A program made the position numbers and the translations under genes. From Nitrospirota bacterium (lineage in GTDB: Bacteria > Nitrospirota > Nitrospiria > Nitrospirales > Nitrospiraceae), in NCBI GenBank assembly GCA_963703955.1, contig CAVPGK010000010.1, positions 64,001 through 128,000 on the forward strand: DNA of 64,000 nucleotides, read 5' to 3'. The notes under the pieces are model-generated. The model ran no database searches. It was given only the letters and a program-made list of their open reading frames with translations, and was not told the DNA's origin. Shown here piece by piece: positions 44,506 to 56,149 of the stretch; position 1 is the stretch's first letter, and every line of letters starts with the position of its first letter.

Positions 44506-47500
44506 GTGCGCGTCGCGATCGGGTCCGATCACGCCGGATTTGAATTGAAGGAGGCCTTGAGAGACTATCTCAACGACCTCAAGCACGACGTGTTGGACCT
44601 GGGCACTTACGGCACGACTCCGGTGGACTACCCGGATTATGCCGAGGCGGTCGGCGTCACCGTGCGTCAAGGGAAGGCGGATCGCGGGATTATGATCTGC
44701 GGCAGCGGCGTCGGCGCGTCGGTGGCCGCCAACAAAGTGCCCGACATTCGTGCAGGTCTGTGTCACGATACCTATTCGGCTCACCAGGGTGTGGAACATG
44801 ACGACATGAATGTGCTGGTGTTGGGCGGGCGCGTCATTGGGGTGGAGATGGCTCGTGAGCTGGTCCGGGCCTTCCTCGGAGCCCGCTTCACCGGTGATGA
44901 ACGGCATCTCAGACGACTCACAAAGGTGATTACCATGGAGAACCCGTTAAGAGCGTTACAACACTATGGGCAGTCGGTGTGGTTGGACTATATTCGTCGG
45001 AACGTGATCACCAGCGGTGAGCTGCAACGCATGATCGACGACGATGGCTTGCGCGGGGTGACGTCGAACCCGGCCATCTTCGAGAAGGCCATTGCCGGGA
45101 GCACGGATTATAAGGATATTCTGACGTCTCCGGACTCACGGAAGCTCGACGCCAAGACCTTGTACGAGCGGATTGCCGTTCGTGACATTCAGGAGGCCGC
45201 CGACCTGTTGCGGCCGGTCTATGACCGGTCGAAGAAGCGCGATGGGTATGTGAGCTTGGAAGTCTCGCCGACGCTTGCGCACGAGACGAAAGGGACCCTC
45301 GAGGAGGCCCGGCGATTGTGGAAAGCGGTGGCGCGACCGAACGTCATGATTAAAGTTCCCGCGACCGGGGAAGGCATTCCCGCCATCCAGCAATTGATCA
45401 GCGAAGGCATCAACGTCAACGTCACGTTGCTCTTCTCGCAGGACACGTACGAACGCGTGGCCGAGGCCTATCTGGCGGGTCTGGAGAAGTTCGCCGCGAG
45501 CAACGGTGATCTCAGCCGCGTCGCCAGCGTGGCCAGCTTCTTTATCAGCCGGATCGACTCGGCGATCGATGGCCTCATCACCGCTCGGGTGAAGACCGTG
45601 ACGGATGCCAGGGAGCAGGCGCTCCTTCGCAGCCTGCTCGGTAAAGTGGCGATCGCCAACGCGAAGCTGACCTACCAGCGGTATCGCGAGCTCTTCGGCG
45701 GCCAACGGTGGCAGGCGCTCGCAGGCCGAGGTGCGCAGACCCAGCGGCTGTTGTGGGCCAGCACGGGCACCAAGGATCCCAATTATCGAGACGTGCTGTA
45801 TGTCGAGGAACTTATCGGCCCTGACACCGTGAACACGATTCCGCCCGCGACGTTCGACGCCTTTCGCGATCACGGACGGCCTCGCGCTAGCCTCACCGAG
45901 GAGGTGGACGAAGCGTTCGACACCATGGCCTCGCTGGCCAAGGTCGGCATTTCGATGAAGGAGGTCACGGACAAGCTGCTCGCCCAGGGGGTGCAATTGT
46001 TCGCCGATGCCTTTGACAAGCTGCTCAAAGCGGTCGGGCACCAGGGCAAGGATGTCGGCGCCGGCAAGATCAATCGCCAGACCTACAAGTTACCCGAGCC
46101 ACTGGCCGCCGCCGTGAAGCCTCGTTGGATGACTGGAAAGCCCACGCCAAGGTACGGAAGCTCTGGGCGCGCGATGCCTCGCTATGGACCGGGGCGGATG
46201 AAGGACAATGGCTCGGCTGGCTGGGCATCACGAACGGTCAACTGGCCCACATTGACCGCTTGAAGACCATCTCAAACGACGCGAAGAGTGCCGGATTCTC
46301 CCATGCCCTGCTGCTCGGCATGGGCGGGTCGAGCCTGGGCCCGGAAGTCATCAAAATGACATTCGGGAAGATCGCCGGCTATCCTGAGCTGCACGTGCTG
46401 GATTCGACCGATCCGGCTCAGGTCAGGACCTTCGAGAAGCCAGGTGGATCTGGCGAAGACATTGTTTATCGTCTCGAGCAAATCCGGTAGCACTCTGGAG
46501 CCGAACATCTTCAAGCAGTATTTCTTCGAGCGGGTGAAGCACGTCGTCGGCGAGAAGGAAGCGGGCAACCGGTTCATCGCGATCACGGATCCCGGGTCGA
46601 AGATGCAGCAGGTGGCCGAGAGCGACGGCTTCCGCCACATCTTTTTCGGATTGCCGAGCATCGGAGGCCGGTACTCGGTCCTCTCCGATTTCGGCCTGGT
46701 GCCCGCAGCGATCATGGGTGTGGACGTGCCGAAGTTGCTCGATCGGAGCGAGGAAATGGTGTACGCTTGCATGCCCGTCCGTCCCCGTTGAAGAAAATCC
46801 CGGCGTCGTGCTGGGTCTCATCCTCGGAGCGGCGCACAATCAGGGCCGCAACAAGCTGACCTTGATCACGTCGCCCGGAATCGGCGACTTGGGCGCCTGG
46901 CTCGAGCAATTGATCGCTGAATCAACCGGCAAGGCGGGAAAGGGAATCGTTCCCGTGGACCGGGAATCGCTCGCCGCTCCGGCCGTGTACGGCCATGACC
47001 GCCTGTTCGTGTACGTCCGGCTTGAGGCGGCGCCCGATCGGGCACAGGATGCAGCCGTGGAGGCGCTGGAACGGGCAGGCTATCCGGTCGTGCGCATCGG
47101 AGTGGACGAAACGTATGACCTCGGCGAAGAGTTCTTCCGCTGGGAAATCGCGACCGCTGTGGCGGGGGCGGTCATCGGCATTCATCCGTTCGACCAACCC
47201 GACGTGGAGGCCAGCAAGGTGGCCACACGCAAGCTGACCTCGGAATACGAGCAGACCGGTAAGCTCCCCCCGGAAACACCGTTCTTCGAGGAAGGCGGTC
47301 TCAGACTCTTCACAGACGACAAGAATGCGGCCGCGCTGGCAGCGGCGGTGGGAAAGAGCCCGTCGATCTCGGCCTATCTCAAGGCCCACCTCAACCGGAT
47401 CAAGGCCGGCGATTACTTCGCCCTGTTGGCCTACATCGAAATGAATGAGACTCACGAACGCGCCTTGCAAACGATGCGACATGCCGTTCGGGATCAACAA

Positions 47501-47792
47501 ACGGGTTGCGACCTGTCTCGGCTTCGGTCCGCGCTTCCTGCACTCGACCGGTCAGGCGTACAAGGGCGGGCCGAACACGGGCGTCTTCTTACAAATCACG
47601 TGCGACGACGCCCTGGACCTGCCGGTTCCCGGCCAGAAATATACGTTCGGTGTCGTGAAAGCCGCGCAGGCGCGTGGCGACTTCCAGGTGTTGGCAGAGC
47701 GCGATCGCAGAGCACTTCGGATCCATCTTGGCCGGGATGTGGCCGCGGGCTTGGCGAGGTTGGATGAGGCCATCAAACCAGCGCTGACCTAG
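44506..47792 (+). CDS. RpiB-transaldolase-phosphoglucose isomerase triple fusion (frameshifts only in the linker/PGI part)
   Basis: RpiB (GSDHAG, CGSGVG, HDDMNVL) runs in frame without a stop into Tal ([35 protein letters not shown]), then PGI ([39 protein letters not shown]). Confidence 0.9.
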
Positions 47793-47823
47793 AGCGCTTC
47801 GTAGTAAGAAAGGAACAGAGTCT

Positions 47824-48843
47824 ATGCAACTCGGGATGATCGGTCTCGGCAGGATGGGGGCAAACATGGTGCGCCGTCTCATGCGTGGCGACCATCAGTG
47901 TGTCGTCTTTGACCAAAATCGTGATGTTGTGCAGGGGCTGGTCAAGGAAGGGGCGGTCGGGACCGCCTCCCTCGACGAGTTCGTCGCCAAACTGACCCCG
48001 CCGCGAGCGGCATGGCTGATGGTGCCGGCGGCGGTTGTGGATAGGACGGTCCACGACCTGTCTTCGCGGATGCAGAAGGAAGACACGATCATTGACGGCG
48101 GGAACTCCTACTACGTTGACGATATTCGTCGTTCTCGAGAACTCCAACCAAAAGGCATTCACTATGTCGATGTCGGCACGAGCGGCGGCGTGTGGGGTTT
48201 GGAGCGAGGGTACTGCCTCATGATCGGCGGAGAGAACGAGACGGTGCGCCGGCTTGATCCCATATTCAAGACGCTCGCGCCGGGAGAGGGTTCGATCCCG
48301 CGCACACCCGGCCGTGAGAAGGCAGGAGGAACGGCGGAATCCGGCTACCTGCACTGCGGACCAAACGGCGGGGGTCATTTTGTGAAGATGGTCCACAATG
48401 GGATCGAATATGGCCTGATGGCCGCCTATGCGGAAGGATTAAACATTTTGAAGCATGCCAACGTCGGAAAGCGGGGCCGGACTATCGATGCAGAGACCAC
48501 CCCGCTGCGGGATCCTGAGCACTATCAGTATGACTTCAACCTGGCGGATGTCGCCGAAGTCTGGCGGCGCGGGAGCGTTATTGCATCATGGCTGCTTGAT
48601 CTCACCGCGAGTGCCTTGCTCAAGCAGCCGGACCTGGCGATGTTCTCGGGGAGTGTGTCCGATTCCGGTGAAGGGCGTTGGACCATCACGGCCGCCATCG
48701 ACGAAGGGGCTCCGGTTCCCGTCTTGAGTGCTGCGCTGTATCAGCGTTTCACCTCGCGCGGCGAAGACGATTTCGCCACGAAAATCCTGTCGGCCATGCG
48801 TTTCGAGTTCGGCGGTCACGTCGAAAGGCCGACGGGAGGGTAG
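47824..48843 (+). CDS. gnd: 6-phosphogluconate dehydrogenase, decarboxylating (short form)
   Basis: [25 protein letters not shown] and DSGEGRW motifs. Confidence 0.96.
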   Translation: MQLGMIGLGRMGANMVRRLMRGDHQCVVFDQNRDVVQGLVKEGAVGTASLDEFVAKLTPPRAAWLMVPAAVVDRTVHDLSSRMQKEDTIIDGGNSYYVDDIRRSRELQPKGIHYVDVGTSGGVWGLERGYCLMIGGENETVRRLDPIFKTLAPGEGSIPRTPGREKAGGTAESGYLHCGPNGGGHFVKMVHNGIEYGLMAAYAEGLNILKHANVGKRGRTIDAETTPLRDPEHYQYDFNLADVAEVWRRGSVIASWLLDLTASALLKQPDLAMFSGSVSDSGEGRWTITAAIDEGAPVPVLSAALYQRFTSRGEDDFATKILSAMRFEFGGHVERPTGG

Positions 48844-48863
48844 AAGGGGCGGAGGTCTAAGCC

Positions 48864-50255
48864 GTGGTGACCAATCATCAATCGGGTAACGATCCTTCCG
48901 ATGCCCTCGTGTTCTTTGGCGCGACGGGCGACCTTGCCTACAAGAAAATCTTCCCTGCGCTCCAGAACATGGTCCGGCGCGACGCCCTGTCGATTCCCGT
49001 CGTGGGCGTCGCCAAATCCGGTTGGACGCTGGAGCAATTGCGAGCCCGCGCTCGCGACAGCCTCACCCAACACGGTGGTGTCGACGAGACGGCGTTCGCC
49101 CAACTCGTGCAACGGCTCCAGTATATTGACGGCGATTATCAAGACCCGGCAACGTACCAACAGTTGCGGAAAGCGCTCGGCGACGCGACAAGACCGGCGC
49201 ACTACTTGGCCGTTCCGCCGAGTCTGTTTGGTGAGGTGATCGAGGGACTAAGCCGATCCGCTTGCGCAGAGAACGCGCGGATTATCATCGAAAAGCCGTT
49301 CGGGCGAGACCTGTCCTCAGCCCAGGCCTTGAACGTGACGGTGCGCTCGGTGTTCCCGGAAACCAGGATCTTCCGCATCGACCATTACCTTGGAAAAGAA
49401 GCGGTCGAGAATCTGGTCTTCTTCCGCTTCGCGAACACCTTCCTCGAACCGATCTGGAATCGCAACTATATCCACAGCGTGCAAATCACCATGGCCGAGA
49501 AATTCAGCGTCTCCGGCCGAGGCCGGTTTTATGATGAGACCGGCGCGATCCGCGATGTCGTGCAGAACCATATGCTCCAGGTGATTAGCTTGTTGGCGAT
49601 GGAACCGCCGACGCTGACGTACCACGAATCGGTTCGGGATGAGCAGGTAAAGATCCTTCGCATGATTCCGCCCCTGCAGCCCGATGATGTGGTCCGCGGG
49701 CAGTTTCGCGGTTATCGCAAAGAGCCCGGAGTCTCCCCAAACTCCTACGTGGAGACGTTTGCCGCGGTGCGCCTGCGCATCGATTCATGGCGTTGGGCCG
49801 GTGTGCCCTTCTTGGTTCGGGCAGGGAAATGCCTGCCGACCACCACGACCGAAGTGTTGGTGAAGCTCAAACAGGCTCCGATCAGCCGACTCGGTCCGGC
49901 GCAGGGTAACTATTTGCGTTTCCGCCTGGGACCGGAATTGTCGATCAGTCTGGGCGCCAGGGTGAAACGCCCCGGTCCGCAGATGATCTCCATGCACACA
50001 GAGCTGATGGCAATGAGGCAAGATCAGAGCGATGAAATTGACGCCTACGAGCGCCTGCTCACTGAGGCCATGCGTGGGGAAAATTTGCTTTTCGTCCGGG
50101 CGGATGGTGTGGAGGCATCCTGGGCCATTGTCCAGTCCATTCTAGGGAATGCGACCCCGGTCTATGACTATGAACCGGGAACGTGGGGACCGACCGAGGC
50201 CAATGGGCTGGCGACGGAGATTGGCGGCTGGCACAATCCTGAAGCGACATCATGA
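48864..50255 (+). CDS. zwf: Glucose-6-phosphate dehydrogenase
   Basis: [21 protein letters not shown] and DVVQNH motifs. Confidence 0.96.
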   Translation: MVTNHQSGNDPSDALVFFGATGDLAYKKIFPALQNMVRRDALSIPVVGVAKSGWTLEQLRARARDSLTQHGGVDETAFAQLVQRLQYIDGDYQDPATYQQLRKALGDATRPAHYLAVPPSLFGEVIEGLSRSACAENARIIIEKPFGRDLSSAQALNVTVRSVFPETRIFRIDHYLGKEAVENLVFFRFANTFLEPIWNRNYIHSVQITMAEKFSVSGRGRFYDETGAIRDVVQNHMLQVISLLAMEPPTLTYHESVRDEQVKILRMIPPLQPDDVVRGQFRGYRKEPGVSPNSYVETFAAVRLRIDSWRWAGVPFLVRAGKCLPTTTTEVLVKLKQAPISRLGPAQGNYLRFRLGPELSISLGARVKRPGPQMISMHTELMAMRQDQSDEIDAYERLLTEAMRGENLLFVRADGVEASWAIVQSILGNATPVYDYEPGTWGPTEANGLATEIGGWHNPEATS

Positions 50256-50956
50256 AAATCCTTGTCATCGACGTAGGGGGGACCAACGTGAAGGTGCTTG
50301 TTTCCGGTGAACGCACCTCGCGGAGGGTCCCCTCCGGGCCATCCATGACTCCGCCCACAATGGTTCAAGCCGTCAAGCGCCTCACGAATGACTGGAAGTA
50401 TGAAGCTGTGTCCATCGGCTACCCGGGACCGGTGCTGCACGGGCATCCGGTTGCCGAGCCAAGGAACCTCGGCGGCGGCTGGGTGGGGTTTGATTTTCGC
50501 AGGGCATTCAGGCGTCCAGTGAGGATGATCAATGATGCGGCCATGCAGGCGTTGGGAAGCTACGAGGGTGGGCGCATGCTGTTTCTGGGAGTCGGCACCG
50601 GCCTTGGCTCCGCCTTGATTATCGATGGGCACCTGGAACCTCTGGAACTGGCGCACCTGCCATACAAGAAGGGGCAGACGTACGAAGACTATGTCGGATT
50701 ACGGGGATTGAGGCGTTGCGGAAAGAAAAAGTGGCGTCGCCACGTCGCGAAGGTGGTCGAGTCGCTGAGTAAGGCCCTTCAGGCCGACTATGTGGTGCTG
50801 GGAGGCGGCAATGCGAAGAAACTCAAGACCCTGCCCAAAGGGGCCCAATTGGGTAACAATAGCCATGCCTTCATCGGCGGATTTCGCTTGTGGGGAGAGC
50901 TTCAGCCTGAACGATTCCGAAGCACGTCGACAAGGCGAAAGACGAAATCTTCGTAG
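50252..50956 (+). CDS. ROK family kinase (polyphosphate glucokinase-like)
   Basis: [23 protein letters not shown] and ELAH motifs. Confidence 0.85.
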   Translation: MKILVIDVGGTNVKVLVSGERTSRRVPSGPSMTPPTMVQAVKRLTNDWKYEAVSIGYPGPVLHGHPVAEPRNLGGGWVGFDFRRAFRRPVRMINDAAMQALGSYEGGRMLFLGVGTGLGSALIIDGHLEPLELAHLPYKKGQTYEDYVGLRGLRRCGKKKWRRHVAKVVESLSKALQADYVVLGGGNAKKLKTLPKGAQLGNNSHAFIGGFRLWGELQPERFRSTSTRRKTKSS

Positions 50957-50984
50957 ATGACAAAGTTTTCGGTGGAGGATCGGC

Positions 50985-51668
50985 ATGGGGCCACCCTCTG
51001 TGACGTTCCTGTTCGATGTGGACAATACCTTGCTCGATAACGATCGAGTCGCGGCCGATCTCAAGCGGCATTTAGAACGCGAGGTCGGTCACGAGCGACA
51101 AGAACGCTATTGGGCGATCTTCGAAGAGTTGCGGACCGAACTCGGCTACGTCGATTACCTGGGGACGCTCCAGCGCTATCGGGTCGAGTGTCCGCGCGAC
51201 TCGCATCTGCTGACAGTCTCCCGATTCCTGGTGAACTATCCGTTCGCCAATCGCCTGTTCCCCAACTCGCTCGATGTGATCGAATACTGCAAACAGTGGG
51301 GTCCGGCGGTCGTTCTGTCGGACGGCGACGTTGTCTTTCAGCCGCGCAAGATTGAGCGCTCAGGATTGTTCGATGCCGTCGACGGTAACGTGCTCATTTA
51401 CATTCACAAGGAGCATGAACTGGACGACGTGGAGCGACGGTATCCCGCCCGACACTATGTCCTGGTAGATGACAAGCTGCGCATCCTGGCCGCGGTGAAG
51501 AAAGTGTGGGGCTCTCGGGTGACGACCGTCTTTCCCCGCCAGGGGCACTATGCTCGAGATCCGCAGGCGCTGGCAATGTACCCCGCGGCGGACGTGACCA
51601 TCGAGCGCATCGGTGATCTAATGGGCGTTGACCTGCCGAGATTGCTGCCCACGGCAGGAATGCCGTGA
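50985..51668 (+). CDS. HAD-like hydrolase
   Basis: Motif I FDVDNTL, LSDGD, HK and VDDK. Confidence 0.87.
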   Translation: MGPPSVTFLFDVDNTLLDNDRVAADLKRHLEREVGHERQERYWAIFEELRTELGYVDYLGTLQRYRVECPRDSHLLTVSRFLVNYPFANRLFPNSLDVIEYCKQWGPAVVLSDGDVVFQPRKIERSGLFDAVDGNVLIYIHKEHELDDVERRYPARHYVLVDDKLRILAAVKKVWGSRVTTVFPRQGHYARDPQALAMYPAADVTIERIGDLMGVDLPRLLPTAGMP

Positions 51669-51741
51669 CATTTCATCTCGCCGCCGTTGTACCTTCGATC
51701 GCTTGCTAGCGATCTCAATTTGGACCACTGTTGGAATTTCC

Positions 51742-52176
51742 TCGAAGGCAAGAAGAAGCAGGAACGTGGCTTTAAGGTCTTCAAGCTGGCTGAGTCGAAC
51801 TTCACACCCTGGGATACCGAAGCGGCCACGGAGGCCGAGTCGCTGGCCAAGCAGCTCGAACTGCACATCCGCCACGCGCGCGATGGCCGTACCGAGCAGG
51901 ATCCTCTTTGAGCTTCTGCTCAAAAGCGGGTTTCCGCTCACCATGCCGGTGGAGACGCTTCAGCTTGCCGGCAAGACCGTGCACGGTGTGGCAAACGGAG
52001 CACTGTTCATCTGCCTGGAGCGTGAACTGACCCTCGAACTGATCCGCGCCATGGCCGACAAGAAGCCCGAGCGCGTGGTCTGCCTCGACGAAGGCTTTGC
52101 CGGAAACGACCAGCTCAAGGCGAACGCCGTGCAGATCTTCAAGACCAAGGGCGTCACCAGCTTCAAGACGGTGTGA
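51742..52176 (+). pseudogene. mod: Type III R-M methyltransferase (Mod), C-terminal remnant
   Basis: GFKVFKLAESNF...ILFELLLKSGFPLT...VVCLDEGFAGNDQLKANAVQIFK; catalytic DPPY and FxGxG motifs absent. Confidence 0.85.
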
Positions 52177-52181
52177 GGCCG

Positions 52182-52442
52182 ATGCCCACGATCAGCACAT
52201 TCTTCGGGATCGTGATTCAGATGTTCTGGCGGGAGCACGGGCCGCCGCATTTCCACGCGATCTACGGCGAGCATGAGGTCGTGATCGACATTCGGGAACT
52301 GCGCGTGACGCGTGGGTCCCTTCCACGTCGGGCACTGGCTCTCGTGCTAGAATGGGGCGCAGAGTACCGCGAAGAGTTACTGGAGGACTGGGATCTATGC
52401 AGCCAATTAAAACCACCCAAGCCAATCCCGCCCCTGGAGTAG
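52182..52442 (+). CDS. DUF4160 protein (putative HicA-like toxin)
   Basis: MPTISTFFGIVIQMFWREHGPPHFHAIYGE...GSLPRRAL..VLEW...PIPPLE. Confidence 0.88.
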   Translation: MPTISTFFGIVIQMFWREHGPPHFHAIYGEHEVVIDIRELRVTRGSLPRRALALVLEWGAEYREELLEDWDLCSQLKPPKPIPPLE

Positions 52443-52735
52443 TGCCGGCGCCTCAGCCATCCGTGGCCTGGCGGGTCATGGCCGTCGAGCCGCATCCTGA
52501 CATGCGGCTTCGCGTGCGGTTCATCGACGGAACGTCCGGAGACGTGATGCTCCGCACCTTCCTTACCAGCCCACGGGTTGACGGCACGATCTTCGAGCCG
52601 TTACGAGACCCTGAGGTCTTCCGACAGGTCCGGGTCGAGATGGGCGCTATTGCCTGGCCGAACGGTGCGGACCTTGCTCCGGATGCCATGTACGACGCCA
52701 TTCGGACCCACGGACATTGGGTGGTCGAGGAGTGA
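52442..52735 (+). CDS. DUF2442 protein (putative antitoxin)
   Basis: LRVRFIDGTSG...IFEPLRDPEVFRQV...IAWPNGADLAPDAMY; GTG start overlaps the upstream TAG. Confidence 0.85.
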   Translation: MPAPQPSVAWRVMAVEPHPDMRLRVRFIDGTSGDVMLRTFLTSPRVDGTIFEPLRDPEVFRQVRVEMGAIAWPNGADLAPDAMYDAIRTHGHWVVEE

Positions 52736-53609
52736 AACTCCAGTTCGATCCCAACCAGTCCTTCCAGCTCGACGCGGTGGCTGCTGTCACAGACCTCTCT
52801 GGGATCGGATCAAGCCGAAGACCACCTACCGCGTGGAGTTCGAGACCGACACGCTCGTGGTGCGCGCGGTGGACGCCATCAAGCGCATGGAGAAGATCGA
52901 AGCGCCGAAGATCCACGTCGCCGCAGGGCAAGTCCAGGTGGCAAAGGGTGGGGTGATCACGACTGCCATGAGCGTCGCTGAGGAGCAGCCTGTCTACCTC
53001 GTGCGCGCGCTACCGGATATCCTCGCCTACCTCCAGAACGAGACTGAGCTGACCCGCTCGACGCTTGTCCGCATCCTCAAGGAGTCCGGGCGCCTTGCGG
53101 ACGTGTTCCTGAACCCGCAGCGCTTCCTCGACCAGGTGGCGGCGATCCTCAAGCATGAACTGCATCGCTTGCTCGTGGACGGCATCAAGTACGAGCGGCT
53201 GCCCGGCACCGGTGCGGACACCGAGTGGGAGATGCTGCTCTTCAAGAACGAAGAACTCGTCAACTACCTGGACGCATTGCAGGTGAATAAATCGGTTTAC
53301 GAATATGTAGTCTACGAGTCGGAGGTAGAACGCGCGTTCGCAAAGAAGCTTGATGAGCGCGAGGACATCAAGCTCTTCGTGAAGCTTCCCGCTTGGTTCA
53401 AAGTGGATACCCCGGTGGGCGAGTGTAACGCCGACTGGGCCATCGTCAAGCACGACGGCCAAACGCTCTATCTCGTGCGCGAGACGAAGGGGACACGGGA
53501 CTTCCTCAAGCTGCGGACCACCGAGGCAGACAAGGTGCGCTGTGGCCAACGGCACTTCGAAACGCTCGGCGTGCCCTTCGCCGTCGCTGTGTCTGCCGAC
53601 GAAGTCTAA
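52732..53609 (+). pseudogene. res: Type III restriction subunit (Res) with the helicase core deleted
   Basis: MKLQFDPNQSFQLDAVAAVTDL joins at about 52797 to LWDRIKPKTTYRVEF...ESEVERAF...KLPAWFKVDTPVG..NADWAI..VRETKG (endonuclease region); no DEAD-box motifs. Confidence 0.85.
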
Positions 53610-53651
53610 TCCCGCGGCATGCTGAGCAGGTGTCTGAAACCACGACCATGG

Positions 53652-53694
53652 CAGTTCGCCGCCTGGCGGCCACGAGCGGCCAGGCGGCGAACTG
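53652..53694. repeat. Perfect 16-bp inverted repeat (hairpin; terminator- or REP-like)
   Basis: CAGTTCGCCGCCTGGC-N11-GCCAGGCGGCGAACTG; no U-tract. Confidence 0.7.
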
Positions 53695-53738
53695 ACAATT
53701 GGTGGTACGGCAGAATCGGAAATACCGGAGCAAGGCTT

Positions 53739-54533
53739 ATGGCCACAGAGTACGTGATTGATTACCTGCCTCTCTGGGGGGTGTTTATTGCGACGGTAGG
53801 GGTGGTCCTCATCTCGGTCGCCGTCGGTTACGGAGTGGGTAGGTATGAAGAGCGACATTCTGGCAATGAGCATGAGCCGGCTATTGGTGCAATCGTTGGG
53901 GCAACCCTTGGTCTGCTTGCATTTCTTCTCGCGTTCACGTTCGGAGTGGCGGCGTCCCGGTTTGACGTCAGAAAGCAATTGGTCCTGGACGATGCCAACG
54001 CGATCGGCACCTCCTATTTGCGGGCGAAGCTGCTTTCTGAACCCTATGCCACGGAAATACGAAAACTGTTGCGGGAATATGTGGATATTCGCGTCGAGGG
54101 CATTCGGCAGGAGAAGCTCCAGAGCGTGATGGCCAGGTCGGAAGAATTGCATCACTTGCTTTGGTCTCAGGCGATCGCCTTCGGAGAGAAGAATCCCACT
54201 TCAATTGTCGGCGGACTCTTCATTCAGTCACTGAACCAGGTGATCGACCTTCATGCGAAGCGAGTGGCGGCAGGACGACAAAACCGGATTCCCGGAACCA
54301 TCTGGGTTGTCCTGTATGTGGTGACCGGCCTAGCGATGGCTTTGATGGGCTACCATGCGGCGCTGGCCGGGGTGCGCAGGACAACCGCCATTGTGCTTCT
54401 TTCGCTTGCGTTCTCGGCGGTCATCTTCCTGATCGCGGACCTGGACCGTCCGTTGGAAGGCCTGCTGAAAGTGAGCCAAGAGGCCATGGCCGATGTCAGG
54501 GAGAGTATCCTGCGCGATCTCTCGCGAAACTGA
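53739..54533 (+). CDS. DUF4239 / bestrophin-like membrane protein
   Basis: LGLLAFLLAFTF, DDANAIGTSYLRA and IADLDRPLEG motifs. Confidence 0.8.
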   Translation: MATEYVIDYLPLWGVFIATVGVVLISVAVGYGVGRYEERHSGNEHEPAIGAIVGATLGLLAFLLAFTFGVAASRFDVRKQLVLDDANAIGTSYLRAKLLSEPYATEIRKLLREYVDIRVEGIRQEKLQSVMARSEELHHLLWSQAIAFGEKNPTSIVGGLFIQSLNQVIDLHAKRVAAGRQNRIPGTIWVVLYVVTGLAMALMGYHAALAGVRRTTAIVLLSLAFSAVIFLIADLDRPLEGLLKVSQEAMADVRESILRDLSRN

Positions 54534-54703
54534 ATGCGTGCTGTGTGAGGGTGACGGAGTCGTCTACTCCGGGGCGCTTGAACGATCGATGGACTGATAG
54601 TCTTTGGCGGGTATACCGGCCTTTCTGGCCTTAACCTCACCTCTGCCCATCTCAAAGGATTTCGAGAGGCAGCAAACTAACAAGCCGCAGGTCAAGACTT
54701 CAG

Positions 54704-56149
54704 TCATTGAGGCGAAACCGCGTTGTACTCTGTCAATTCATAAGCCGACTGCGAGATCAACGGAGTTTTGGCAGCCTCCGTCTCCAAGTCCCGTAGAAGC
54801 CGTTGAAACTCCTTGTCGTTCCGGATGAGACGGGACGCGGCCAGGAGCAGGTCGTCGAGTTGATGATCGGTCAGCGCCAGATTCGTGGGAATTTTCATGA
54901 CGCGCGCCTGCTCCTCCGGATCTTCCAACTCCGACAAACTGACATTGATGAAGTAAATGTCGGCATCGGGCGTGAAGACACTCGGACCGGTCTGTGCTCG
55001 CTGGCGGAGTTGTGCCCGCCATAGTTTGACGGCCTGACCCATCAGTTCGAAGGTGTCGTCGGAGTACCGATTGATCGGGATGTCGATCAAGGCGTTCAAC
55101 ACCCGCGTGAGGCTGGGAAGTTCATCCAGTTTGTACTGGTTCACATCCGGATGGGTCTCCGCGCTCACCATCAGGTAGACGAGTTTCCGGATTGTTTTCA
55201 CCCCGAGCACCTGGAACGAGGCTTCGACGTCCTCAACGAGTGCGGCTAGCTCTAACACACTGCGCATGCCGATGTTGTCAGCCAACGCGCCGTCCAACAG
55301 ATGGATGTACGGGCGCTTCTCGGCATCGAGATACGACCGCAGCTCGGTCGCGCGCCTTCGGCCCCACGAGGTCCGGCTCTCCGCGCTAATGTACCGCGGC
55401 GGGTCAAATCCGCACTGCCCGGCGTAGTTCTTCAACGAAAGGGGACTGAGGATCAAGGGGAGTGCGCTCGATGCGGCGGTCGCAACCGACAGCGGCAGTT
55501 TGCTGAGATCGGAACAAATCAGGTCGAACTGTCGCTGGTTGAATTCGAACCGCGAGACGGTTGCCATGTCGGAGGCATGAAGGAAGATGATCGGCCGCTG
55601 ATCACTTGAGACGAGGTCATTGAACGTGTGCCGGTCGAACAGCGCTTCGTCCAGCAATTCGGAAAGGATGTGGGCACGGCCGAAATAGGGGGACAAGAGC
55701 CGTAGCCAATTTTTGGGAGACCGCAAGATCCGCGCGCGAAGTTCGCTCTCCCAATCTTTCCGAAGAAAGCGATATTCGAAGTCATGAAAAATGCGGTCGT
55801 GATAGAGCGCATAATACGCCGCCGTGAAGCTGCCGCCCGATAAGGCATTGATGATATTGATTTCGTCGACCAGTCGCTTCCGATGGCCTTCCCACACGAT
55901 CGGTGTCCGGGCCAGTTCCCGCAACACGCCGTAGGAGAGCGCTGACGCCCGCGCGCCGCCACCGGAGAAAGAGGCCACAATAAAGAAACTGTCCGTGCTG
56001 CCGGCCACGGACGGAGGGAGGTTGGCGTAACGATACCCGTAGGCAGGATTCCACCGAGGAAGCGGAGCGTTCATGGTGGGGCGCACATACTCGCAGCCGA
56101 GCGTCAGGCTCAGCAGAGCGATCAATAGCCATACGCCTGCCTGCTTCAT
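54704..56149 (-). CDS. Patatin-like phospholipase lipoprotein, paralog 1
   Basis: Lipobox LTLGC; SGGGARA, ALSGGS nucleophile and DGALADN. Confidence 0.88.
   Translation of the reverse strand: MKQAGVWLLIALLSLTLGCEYVRPTMNAPLPRWNPAYGYRYANLPPSVAGSTDSFFIVASFSGGGARASALSYGVLRELARTPIVWEGHRKRLVDEINIINALSGGSFTAAYYALYHDRIFHDFEYRFLRKDWESELRARILRSPKNWLRLLSPYFGRAHILSELLDEALFDRHTFNDLVSSDQRPIIFLHASDMATVSRFEFNQRQFDLICSDLSKLPLSVATAASSALPLILSPLSLKNYAGQCGFDPPRYISAESRTSWGRRRATELRSYLDAEKRPYIHLLDGALADNIGMRSVLELAALVEDVEASFQVLGVKTIRKLVYLMVSAETHPDVNQYKLDELPSLTRVLNALIDIPINRYSDDTFELMGQAVKLWRAQLRQRAQTGPSVFTPDADIYFINVSLSELEDPEEQARVMKIPTNLALTDHQLDDLLLAASRLIRNDKEFQRLLRDLETEAAKTPLISQSAYELTEYNAVSPQ

Noticed and set aside
42432..47792. 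Programmed ribosomal frameshifting in tkt or tal-pgi
   Set aside because: Too many shifts in both directions with no slippery-site pattern; indel error or decay is the simpler explanation.
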